DNA of 64,000 nucleotides from an uncultured delta proteobacterium (GTDB lineage: Bacteria; Myxococcota; Myxococcia; Myxococcales; Myxococcaceae): NCBI GenBank assembly GCA_963713045.1, contig CAVQKE010000007.1:192001-256000 (forward strand), in the 5' to 3' direction. A program made the position numbers and the translations under genes. The notes beneath the pieces were generated by a model, which was not told the DNA's origin, ran no database searches, and saw nothing but the letters and a program-made list of their open reading frames with translations. Position 1 is the first letter of the stretch; each line of letters opens with the position of its first letter. Positions 42,000 through 50,646 of the stretch are shown in pieces.

Positions 42000-42140
42000 C
42001 GCAAACAGGCTTCCAAACAGGCTCGTGAATGGCCCTCGCACGTCGCTGGAGCGGCTTTGAGGGCCGCCTTACCCCGAGTCAAGACCCCGTGGGGTCTGTT
42101 TGGGGCCGGGGCGAAAGGCTTCCGAAGCTCGTCCGCCGCC
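42000..42140 (+). repeat. att element: type-D arm plus internally deleted core
   Basis: Arm parallels 40312-40420; core reads gcttccgaagctc|gtccgccgcc with the variable loop and T-arm missing. Confidence 0.85.
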
Positions 42141-42250
42141 CAGTGGCAAACTTACGGACGTACCGCGCGTCGTATTTTCGTTGTCTGCTGTACCTTGGCC
42201 GTAGCGCCCCTGTGGCGTTCCTCCGTTGGCATGTGGTGTCGTGTGCGGCC

Positions 42251-43063
42251 TTGGACCCACGCCGCTTTCGCACGGCCGCAGGGCATTACGTCGCAGGACG
42301 GCCGCCGTATCCGCCGGCCCTGATCGAGGACGTGGCGGCCTCCTGCGGCTTCACACGCGCGCACCGGCTGCTCGACCTCGGTACCGGCCCCGGGGTGGTG
42401 GCCATCGCTTTCGCTCCATACGTCGGCTCCGTGCTCGCGGTAGACCCTGAGCCAGAGATGCTCCAGATTGCGCGAGAGGCGGTGCGGGCCGCAAGCGTGG
42501 CGGTTGAGGTCCGCGAGGGAAGCTCGGAGACGCTGGTCCCATGCTGGGGCCGCTTCCGGGCGGTCACCCTCGGCCGGTCCTTCCACTGGATGGACCGCGT
42601 CCAGACGCTCCGGCGGCTGGACGGCCTTGTTGAGCCGGAGGGCGCGGTGATCCTCTTCAACGACGAACTGGCGGACGCGCCGCAAAACGCGGCGATGCGC
42701 GCCTGGTGGACAGTGATCGACCGCTATTCGGCGGACGACCCGGTGCGGGCCGAGCGCCGATCGCCCGAATGGCAGGACCACGAGACGATCCTCCGAGCTT
42801 CAGCCTTCTCTCGGATCGATCGGCTTGTCCACCTGCACGTGTGTGCCCTAACGGTAGAGGGGCTAATCCACCGGGCGCTGTCCATGTCCTCCACCTCGGC
42901 ATCCCGGCTCGGTCCACGCACCGAGGCGATGGTAGCCGACATCCAGACGGCTCTATTGCCGTTCGCCGCGACCGGCGAGATGCTCGAGCCAATGGAGTGG
43001 ACCGCGATTGTCGCCCGGCGTCCGACCTCGGAGCATTGTCGGTCAGACCTCGATCGGCGGTGA
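42251..43063 (+). CDS. Class I SAM-dependent methyltransferase
   Basis: Y..GRPPYP, LLDLGTGPG, VDPEPEML, GRSFHWMDR; start uncertain. Confidence 0.88.
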   Translation: MDPRRFRTAAGHYVAGRPPYPPALIEDVAASCGFTRAHRLLDLGTGPGVVAIAFAPYVGSVLAVDPEPEMLQIAREAVRAASVAVEVREGSSETLVPCWGRFRAVTLGRSFHWMDRVQTLRRLDGLVEPEGAVILFNDELADAPQNAAMRAWWTVIDRYSADDPVRAERRSPEWQDHETILRASAFSRIDRLVHLHVCALTVEGLIHRALSMSSTSASRLGPRTEAMVADIQTALLPFAATGEMLEPMEWTAIVARRPTSEHCRSDLDRR

Positions 43064-43134
43064 AACGCGACGCAATCCGGCAGGCACCTCAGAGGCTAGC
43101 TCAGGCTAGCTCTTCCGGGAGCGGCTACCCCCGT

Positions 43135-43263
43135 CGAACGTCACCCCAAACGTAACGCTGGGAGCTTCTCGGAGCCCACGGGACCGGTCTCGTCGGCCGA
43201 CGAGGGGTTACTGCCAAACCCCATGGGTACGTTCAAGAGCCCCAGGCGGGCTTCCCACCTCGG
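43135..43263 (+). repeat. att element: type-A arm plus core truncated after the anticodon loop
   Basis: cgaacgtcaccccaaacgtaacgctgggagc...gtacgttcaagagccccaggcgggcttcccacctcgg. Confidence 0.85.
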
Positions 43264-43448
43264 TGCTGTCTTCCGCCTCACGGCCACGCACCAAGAGAAG
43301 ACAATGAGCTTGGCGAGGTAAGGGTCACGCGCCACGTGGCATCCGCACGCGGGAAGCTCACCAGCGAGAGACGGGGCTCAGCCGGAAGTCTGTGGACTAC
43401 CGGGGACTCCCAGGAGGTAACAAAAACCGGGCCCGAGGGCGGCTACCT

Positions 43449-44930
43449 TCATTTGGCAGGCAACCCAGCGACTGTCGCTTGGGGGTTCCACCAGCCGCCG
43501 CCGAGCGCCACGTAGAGCGCGACCGTGTCCTGGAGCCGCTGCGTCTTGGCTTGGATGTAGCCGAGCTCAGCCTGCTGATATTGCGCATCGGCCACCAGCA
43601 CCTGAAGGTAGTTGGCCGTCCCGGTCTGGTAGTTAATATGAATGAGCTGCAGCGCTTCCTCGGCGGCCTTGACGGCCCGGCTTTGCGCCTCGAGCGCCTC
43701 AGCGTCGTGGCCCAGGGAGCGCAGCGTGTCGGCCACCTGCTGGAACGCCGCGAGCACCGTTTGACGATAGCTCGCCGCCGCCAGGTCGCGGGCGTCGATA
43801 GCGGCTTGGTTCTGGTACCACAGGGTGCCACCGTGGAAGAGCGGCTGCGTCAACCCCGCGGCGAGGCCCCAAAGGGCACTCGCTGGAGAGAAGAGCTGCG
43901 TCGCATCGGTGCTGGCGACACCCAAGGTTCCGCTCAACGTGATGTTGGGCAACATGGCCGCTGTCGTCACGCCAATTTGCGCATTGGCGCTGTGCAGCTG
44001 CGCCTCCGCCGTCAGCACGTCCGGCCGCTGGCGCACCAGCTCCGACGGGAGCGACAGGGGCAGCTCGGCCGGCAAGGTGAAGTCCTTGAGCGTAAAGGAC
44101 GACTGCCTCCACTCGGCTGGAGTTCGGCCTACCAGGGCGGCAAGTAAATTGTCGGTCTCGTCGATTTTCTGGCGCAAGGGCGGCAGCGTGGCCTCGGCAC
44201 TGGCCACCGTGGTCTCCAGCGCCAACATGGTGGCGTCCGGGACGATGCCCGCTTCGGCCTGGGCCCGGGTGATGGACAGCTGCTCCTCCTCCAGCTCCAG
44301 CAGCTTCTCGGTGGCCAGCACCTGGTCGCGGTAACCGGCCTGGGCCAGGGCCGCATTGACGACGTTGCTCGACAGGAGGAGAAAGGTGCCGACCAAGGTG
44401 TCGCGCTGCGCCTCGGCCGACGCGGCAAGGGCCTCCACCGAACGCCGCTCGCCGCCCCAGATGTCCAGGGTGTAACTGACGCTTCCTGAGACGGTGTACA
44501 GATTAAACGTGGTGCTGGGCAGATTCTGGCCCAGCTTCCGGGGGTTGTACTGCTGCCGCGAGAGGCCGGCCTGCGCGTCCAGTTGGGGGTAGAAGACGCC
44601 GTAGCCTGCCCGCAGGTTGTCCTCACTCCTGCGCAAGCTCGCCTGCGCAGCCTCGACGGTGGGATTGTGGGCCATGGCCTCGGCCACCACGGCGTCGAGG
44701 CTCGGGCAGGACAAGACTCGCCACCAGTCGGCGGCAAGCTTCTTCTGTACCACGAGCCGTTGGGACGTCCCATCCGCTGCGACGCTCGTCGTCTCGATAG
44801 CGGTAGCAAAGTAGCCCGCGTCGGGCGAAGCATCGGGCCGCACAAAGTCCGGCCCGACGGCGCAGCCGACTCCAGCCACCAACGTCGCCACCAAAAGGAA
44901 GCGACTACTTCCTCGTCCCGACGAAGACAC
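43449..44930 (-). CDS. Efflux outer-membrane lipoprotein (NodT/TolC family)
   Basis: GCAVGPDFVRP, PSELVRQRPDV, LYVALGGGW. Confidence 0.92.
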   Translation of the reverse strand: MSSSGRGSSRFLLVATLVAGVGCAVGPDFVRPDASPDAGYFATAIETTSVAADGTSQRLVVQKKLAADWWRVLSCPSLDAVVAEAMAHNPTVEAAQASLRRSEDNLRAGYGVFYPQLDAQAGLSRQQYNPRKLGQNLPSTTFNLYTVSGSVSYTLDIWGGERRSVEALAASAEAQRDTLVGTFLLLSSNVVNAALAQAGYRDQVLATEKLLELEEEQLSITRAQAEAGIVPDATMLALETTVASAEATLPPLRQKIDETDNLLAALVGRTPAEWRQSSFTLKDFTLPAELPLSLPSELVRQRPDVLTAEAQLHSANAQIGVTTAAMLPNITLSGTLGVASTDATQLFSPASALWGLAAGLTQPLFHGGTLWYQNQAAIDARDLAAASYRQTVLAAFQQVADTLRSLGHDAEALEAQSRAVKAAEEALQLIHINYQTGTANYLQVLVADAQYQQAELGYIQAKTQRLQDTVALYVALGGGWWNPQATVAGLPAK

Positions 44931-46041
44931 TCACGCTTTCCTTGTCACCGATGTAGACGTCGACCAACTCGCCTGGGTACACCTCAACGCCCGGGGGCGG
45001 GATGAAACGGAAGATGACGGGCAGCACGCGGACGTCGACCTTCTCGGTCCTCGCGTTCGAAAGCTGAATTTTGGGAGAGACGTACGGCTGCATCCGCACG
45101 AATTCGAGCGGTGCGCTGATGGTCGTCCCCCGGATGAAGAGCCTGCCGTGGATCTCGTCAGGCGGCGGAAGCCGTGCGATGAGAATCTCGTCGATGTAGC
45201 AGCGAACGGCGAGGTAGCCCTTGGGGGTGGCCGAGGCGGACGCTGTCGCCAGGACCAGCACCGGGGCTAAGCCTTGGGTGTAGGTGTCGTATGCCCCCTG
45301 GGGTGAGACGTAGCTTCCAACTGAGCTCAAAATCGACAGAACCATCCCGTTGAAAGGGGCACAAAGTGTGTACTTCGAGAGGAGCGCATTCGCACTGGCC
45401 GCAGCCTTCGTGAGAGCCTCGGTTTGCCGTTCTTGGTTTTGGATGTCGAATACCCAGGCGCCTGCGCGCGTCAGCTGGAGCTGACGTGTCGCCACGTCCA
45501 AGTTCGCCTTGGCCACCAAAGCCGCATTCTTGTAATTGTCGAGGGCGTCCTTACTGACCGACTTGGGGTTGAGCTGATAGGACTGCAGCTGTTTGTCGAG
45601 CTGGTCCTGCGCAGTTTTGAGATTCGCCGCAGCGAGGTCGGCCTGTGCTCTGACGACCTCGAGGGTCTCCTTCCTCGGCTGGGCTTTCAGCTCGTCCAGC
45701 ATCGTCTTGGCGGCCGAGGCCTGTGCCTTCAGCTGCTCCACCGTGGCTCGCTGGACCGAGTCCTCGATTTGGAGCAACGGCGTCCCCTCCTCGATGGCCT
45801 CGCCCTCGGCGACAAAAATTTTGGTCACCACCCCCGCCACCTCGGGGTAGACATTCGTGTTCTCGCCGTGAGCCTGGTAGCTCTCGATGATGCCTTCGGA
45901 GTAAATGCCTTTGGTGTATGGGTTCGGGGCCGGGCTAAAGACTGGCGGTTGCGGTTTGTGCGGGGCCGCGTAGATCACCGCGCTGACGATGCCGCCCACA
46001 ATTCCGAGGGCCACCAGCACGAAAATGAGCTTGTTACCCAT
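44905..46041 (-). CDS. HlyD/DevB-like membrane fusion protein
   Basis: N-terminal TM, lipoyl halves around a coiled coil, EKVDVRVLPVI. Confidence 0.88.
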   Translation of the reverse strand: MGNKLIFVLVALGIVGGIVSAVIYAAPHKPQPPVFSPAPNPYTKGIYSEGIIESYQAHGENTNVYPEVAGVVTKIFVAEGEAIEEGTPLLQIEDSVQRATVEQLKAQASAAKTMLDELKAQPRKETLEVVRAQADLAAANLKTAQDQLDKQLQSYQLNPKSVSKDALDNYKNAALVAKANLDVATRQLQLTRAGAWVFDIQNQERQTEALTKAAASANALLSKYTLCAPFNGMVLSILSSVGSYVSPQGAYDTYTQGLAPVLVLATASASATPKGYLAVRCYIDEILIARLPPPDEIHGRLFIRGTTISAPLEFVRMQPYVSPKIQLSNARTEKVDVRVLPVIFRFIPPPGVEVYPGELVDVYIGDKESVSVFVGTRK

Positions 46042-46747
46042 GGGCGACCCCCTTCACAATTCCGCGCGCCTGACTTCCAATAATCCGCCCATCCTCCATC
46101 TCTAGAATGCGGTCGGCGTATTCGTAAATGCGGTCGTCGTGTGTGACGATGAGGATGCAACGCTTGTCGGTGAGCACCTCCGTCCGCACAAATTCCACGA
46201 TTTTCCGACCAGTATCTCCATCGAGCGAAGCGGTGGGCTCATCAAGAATGAGAATGTCCGGCGCACTGACGATGGCCCGCGCAATGGCCACCCGTTGCTG
46301 CTCGCCGCCACTCAACTTGGACGGCGGCAGCTTGGCTCGATTGGCGAGGCCCACGACCTCCAGGTACTTGAGGCCCTCTCTCAGCGATGCATCCCAGTTC
46401 TGGCCCTTGAGGATGAGCGGGATGGCGACGTTTTCCACCGTCGTCAACTTGTTAAACAAATGGTAGTCCTGGAATACGAAACCGACGGTATTTAGCCGAA
46501 AGTCGGCGATGCGGTCTTCGTCGAGGTTCCAGATGTTGACACCCTTGACCAGCACCGTCCCCGCGCTCGGCCGGAGAATGCCCGACAGCATGCTGAGCAG
46601 CGTGGTCTTGCCACTTCCGGACGGCCCGACGATATACAGCATCTCGTGCCAGCCGACCTCGAATGACACGTCCTTCACGGCCTGGGTGCGCGTCTCGCCG
46701 GTCCCGAACCACTTGCTGACTCCTTCGGCTTTGATCGCAACGGCCAT
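46034..46747 (-). CDS. ABC transporter ATP-binding protein (DevA/LolD-like)
   Basis: GPSGSGKTT, LSGGEQQRVAIARA, DEPT, VTHD. Confidence 0.93.
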   Translation of the reverse strand: MAVAIKAEGVSKWFGTGETRTQAVKDVSFEVGWHEMLYIVGPSGSGKTTLLSMLSGILRPSAGTVLVKGVNIWNLDEDRIADFRLNTVGFVFQDYHLFNKLTTVENVAIPLILKGQNWDASLREGLKYLEVVGLANRAKLPPSKLSGGEQQRVAIARAIVSAPDILILDEPTASLDGDTGRKIVEFVRTEVLTDKRCILIVTHDDRIYEYADRILEMEDGRIIGSQARGIVKGVAHG

Positions 46748-46749
46748 AT

Positions 46750-47886
46750 TCACGCTCGAAAGATGTCGAACGGCTCGATACGCAAAACGCGTCGGACAGC
46801 GAAGTAGCTGGAGAGACTGGCGATGACCAGCACCATCCCCAAAGCGAGCCACAGGTTGGTGAAGGTGATGACGGACGCGTAGTCCTTGAGCCTCAGCTTG
46901 GCCAGCGCGATGAGGCAGGCGCACAGACCCACGCCGAGCCCGTATCCGCAGAGCGCCGTGGTCCCGGCCTGAAAGAGAATCATGTAAACTAGCTCGCGAC
47001 CCTTAGCCCCGATGGCTTTGAGGGCCCCGAACCGCTCCAGATTTTCGAGCACAAAGGTGTAAAAGGTCTGTCCGGAAATGGAGAGACCCACCACGAAGCT
47101 GATGGCTGTCATGATGAGCAGGTTGATCCCCATTCCAGTTCCGTACATGTACCAATTGGTAATCTTGGAGATGAATTCACCTTCCGTGAGCACCTGGTAG
47201 CCGAGCTTGGCAACTTCAGCCTTTATGCCTGGAATGAACTCCGGGCTCGCCGGCTCCACCAAGATGTAGGAGATGGTGTAGCGCATCGACGGGATGTACT
47301 GAACGGCACGGTTGAAAGTCGTATAGAGCGTCGGGATTCCGAACAGACCGCTCGCCGGGACCGTCGCAATGCCGACAATCACGCCCCGATTGTCATTGAT
47401 TTCGAATTCATCGCCGAGCTTTGGATTCTTTAGCTTGGGGAATTCTTCATCCTTGACGACGATGAAGCCGTTTTCGGTGTAGATGTTCGAGATTTCTCCT
47501 TCCACGAGCGCCGGACGCCCGAAAAGGCTGGTGTCGTCCAAGCCCAGGACCGTCACTGCTTGGTAGGTGCCGTCCTTGAGTTTCACCAGGCCCGCCCCGG
47601 AATAGAACGGCACGGCGTACTTCACGCCGTGGATGCTGCGGACGGCGTCGAGGACGTAGTTTGGCATCGGAATGCTCGACGCCACATTGGTGACGGCCGG
47701 GTCAAGGACCCAGACTTTCGCCCCGGTATTCGTCACCGTCGCCGAGGCCTTCTTCATCATCCCGGCGAACATCGACGTCACCTGAATCATCAGGAAGACG
47801 GAAAACGTGATGCCCAGCAGTAGGGCAATGAATTTGCCCCGGTCATTGACGAGCAGCTTGTAGCCGATGCGAAGGATGCCCGTCAT
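46750..47886 (-). CDS. ABC transporter permease (DevC/MacB-like)
   Basis: TM-periplasmic-3TM topology, FGALKAIGA, IEPFDIFR. Confidence 0.9.
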   Translation of the reverse strand: MTGILRIGYKLLVNDRGKFIALLLGITFSVFLMIQVTSMFAGMMKKASATVTNTGAKVWVLDPAVTNVASSIPMPNYVLDAVRSIHGVKYAVPFYSGAGLVKLKDGTYQAVTVLGLDDTSLFGRPALVEGEISNIYTENGFIVVKDEEFPKLKNPKLGDEFEINDNRGVIVGIATVPASGLFGIPTLYTTFNRAVQYIPSMRYTISYILVEPASPEFIPGIKAEVAKLGYQVLTEGEFISKITNWYMYGTGMGINLLIMTAISFVVGLSISGQTFYTFVLENLERFGALKAIGAKGRELVYMILFQAGTTALCGYGLGVGLCACLIALAKLRLKDYASVITFTNLWLALGMVLVIASLSSYFAVRRVLRIEPFDIFRA

Positions 47887-48170
47887 TGCGGAGACTGGTG
47901 TTGCAGCAGCCATGCCGAAAAACATCGGTTGGTGCGCAGTCCCACCGGCCATTTGTCGCAGCGCATGTGAAGCCCGCCGCAGCTCTTGCGACGGGAGCAG
48001 CCCCTCCCGCATTTTTTGCGTGGCGCTCACGAGTTACAATGCGAGCACCGACAGCCGGTAAACAGCCGGGGACTGCGCCTTTCAACAGCAACTTCATCGG
48101 CCGCCGCAACTGTAGCGGTCTGCATCACCGCTGGACCTAATGCACGTTTTATGCACAGCGAAGCGCCCGC

Positions 48171-49712
48171 ATGTTGCCGACTTCGCTCATCGACCACGAA
48201 GCCCGCTCAAGATGTACAGGGCGTACAATGCTTGTGTCTCTTCTTCATCGAGGGACCGACGACTCTGCGCATTCTTGGCTATGGCTCATGCTGGGCGTCG
48301 CGCTGCTCGATGCATCCCAGGTGCGTGCGAGCGTCGGGCTGCTTGCGTGGCTCGCGCCAGTGCCTTGGCTGCGCTACTTACGGCTCACCGCCGGCTGGCC
48401 CTCGCGACTGGCCTTCGCCGGGGCCCTTTTCGTTGCTTGGACGCTCGCAACAGCAAAAATTGCGAGTGAGCCGATGTTCCTGGCGCTGGCGCCAGTCTTT
48501 GCTCTTCCCATTGCAATTTCTCAAGGTGGTGCGTATTTCACCTGGAACCTGGTGCGCAAACGCGTGTCGCCCGCAATTGCGAGCGGGGTGTTTGCAACCG
48601 CCGCCGCAGTTGGCGAATGGGCTATTTTTTCGCTTACGCCATTCGGGTCGTGGGGCGCGACCGCATACACCCAACTCGACAATTTGCCGCTGCTACAGAC
48701 TGCGTCCGTTTTCGGCATCGCGGGCATAGGTGCTTTGGCAAGCTTCGTAGCCGCTTCGATCGAAAGCATTCCTTTCGCAAGCGGGCGTCGGTGGCGCTTA
48801 GTGGCGACCGCCGGAGCACTGGTTGTGATTGCTTACGCGTGGGGAACGGCCCGTCTGGCCCTTGCCGACGTGGCCGAGCCAGAGACGATTGCTGTTGCTG
48901 CGATCACAACGGACTCGGATGTACGCGGGCTACCGCTCCCGTCACGCGAAGCAACGCATTCCTGGGATCGAATGCTCTTGGACCGAACGCGGCAGGCAGC
49001 GCAGGGGGGCGCCGTCTTGGCGGTGTGGCCCGAGGCGGCGACCCTGGTATGGCCCGACGAAGAGACGACCTGGCTCGAGCAAGTGCAAACCGTCGCGCGA
49101 GCAGACCGGATCGACATCGTTACGGCGTACGTGGTGCCTACTGAGGCGACGCCCTTCGCTTACCGAAATGAGCTCCGTTTCGTATCTCATGACGGCACCT
49201 TGGGACCGGTCTATGCGAAACACCATCCGGTGCCCGGCGAGCCGGCCATCAAAGGGAACGGTCCTGTACCCATTGTGGACCTCGATTGGGGTCGGTTATC
49301 AGGCGCCATCTGCTACGACTATGACTTTCCCGCAATGGGCCGCAGCCGCGCGGTCGTCGACTTCGTTGCGGTGCCGGCCTCGGACTGGCGGGGCATCGAT
49401 CCCGTCCATGCGCAGATGGCTGCCGTGCGTGGCGTCGAGTCCGGACACTCGGTTCTGCGCGCCACCAGATGGGGACTCTCGCTTGCGACTGATCCGTATG
49501 GGCGGATTCGGGCGTGGCACAGCGCGTTTGAGCGTAGCAAGTCCGGAATTATGTATGCCGAGCTGCCACGCGAGCACATTCGGACACTTTACGCGCTGTG
49601 GGGCGATTTTCCTTTGGCGGTGTTGTCCGTGCTCGTCGTGGCTCTAGTCGCCACGAACCTCTTGCGGAAGCAGGCCTCTATCAACGTAGCCACTCCCCGT
49701 ACGGAACGGTGA
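48171..49712 (+). CDS. Apolipoprotein N-acyltransferase-like (nitrilase fold) membrane protein
   Basis: N-terminal TMs, LLQTASVFG, E-K-C triad WPE / YAKHHP / ICYD; start uncertain. Confidence 0.8.
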   Translation: MLPTSLIDHEARSRCTGRTMLVSLLHRGTDDSAHSWLWLMLGVALLDASQVRASVGLLAWLAPVPWLRYLRLTAGWPSRLAFAGALFVAWTLATAKIASEPMFLALAPVFALPIAISQGGAYFTWNLVRKRVSPAIASGVFATAAAVGEWAIFSLTPFGSWGATAYTQLDNLPLLQTASVFGIAGIGALASFVAASIESIPFASGRRWRLVATAGALVVIAYAWGTARLALADVAEPETIAVAAITTDSDVRGLPLPSREATHSWDRMLLDRTRQAAQGGAVLAVWPEAATLVWPDEETTWLEQVQTVARADRIDIVTAYVVPTEATPFAYRNELRFVSHDGTLGPVYAKHHPVPGEPAIKGNGPVPIVDLDWGRLSGAICYDYDFPAMGRSRAVVDFVAVPASDWRGIDPVHAQMAAVRGVESGHSVLRATRWGLSLATDPYGRIRAWHSAFERSKSGIMYAELPREHIRTLYALWGDFPLAVLSVLVVALVATNLLRKQASINVATPRTER

Positions 49713-49798
49713 TCCGACCCATCGCGCAGGCGCGCCGGCGACAGACGAGGCTTTGCGATCCAGGAGGTTTCCAAAAAAACGGACCATCGGGCCGAGCG

Positions 49799-50248
49799 TC
49801 AGCCGTCTGTGAGGTCTGTGCTCTGTCCGACCTCGATAATATAGCCGTCAGGATCGCGGATGTAGCAGCGAATCTCGCCGTACTTGGGAATCGGCTCCGT
49901 GATAAACTCGGCCCCTCGACTCTTCCATAGTTCATAGCATGCTTGAATATCCGCAACGCGGATATTCATAAAGCTGCTAATTTTATCCGGGTCGGCGAGG
50001 ACGCTGAGCGTTACCGTCGGCTTGTCCGGGGTGGGCCCGCCCCCGACGTTGACAATGAGCCACGTATTGGCGATCCGAATGTGCCCAGACGCGCCCTTGC
50101 TGTCGCCCAGGCTCAGAATGCGACCGCCAAAGATTTTTTCGTAGTAGCGAGCCGATCGCTCGATGTCGGCGACTGTGAGAAAATACGTGACGGTGAAACC
50201 CTCCCGCGGGGGCATCTCATAGCTCTTCTGTTCGACTTGTACGCTCAT
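49799..50248 (-). CDS. VOC/glyoxalase family protein (copy 2)
   Basis: 11 of 149 residues differ from 35001-35450 by manual comparison. Confidence 0.9.
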   Translation of the reverse strand: MSVQVEQKSYEMPPREGFTVTYFLTVADIERSARYYEKIFGGRILSLGDSKGASGHIRIANTWLIVNVGGGPTPDKPTVTLSVLADPDKISSFMNIRVADIQACYELWKSRGAEFITEPIPKYGEIRCYIRDPDGYIIEVGQSTDLTDG

Positions 50249-50261
50249 TGACGACTCCCAT

Positions 50262-50445
50262 TCCGAGGTAGTCCTGCTCTAGGTGGGCGTAGCGCTCAGA
50301 CGCGATGCGTGGGTCTGCGTGGCGGAGCACCCTCTGCACCAGCCATAGGCACACCCCGCCCGCCCGAGGTGGTGCGACGCAGCAGTGTCACGAAGGTCCT
50401 TCCAAGTGAGCGGCCGCACTATGGGCTCCGTCCAAACCCTTCGCG
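50262..50445 (-). pseudogene. Tyrosine integrase catalytic-domain remnant
   Basis: RVWTEPIVRPLTWKDLRDTAASHHLGR / GVPM / VQRVLRHADPRIASERYAHLEQDYLG over frameshifts. Confidence 0.85.
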
Positions 50446-50646
50446 GGGATGTCTGGGCCACGCCGGTGATCTCGGGCGCGATTCGCTGGAGTCGGCGAGG
50501 TCAGACCACACGCCGAAAAGATCAAACGGGCGGGCACCCAAGGTGTGGAAGCCAGCGGTCACGGAATCGCGAAGGGGTCAAGAGGAGGTGCGCCAATCAG
50601 CTCCGCCAGCCGCTCTGCTAAAGCGGAGGACGCTCTGGCGGCGGCA

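Noticed and set aside
43263..43335. Possible integrase box I fragment (DPYLAKLIVFSWCVAVRR) on the minus strand
   Set aside because: The position next to a truncated core is suggestive, but the piece is too short and has no second copy to confirm it.
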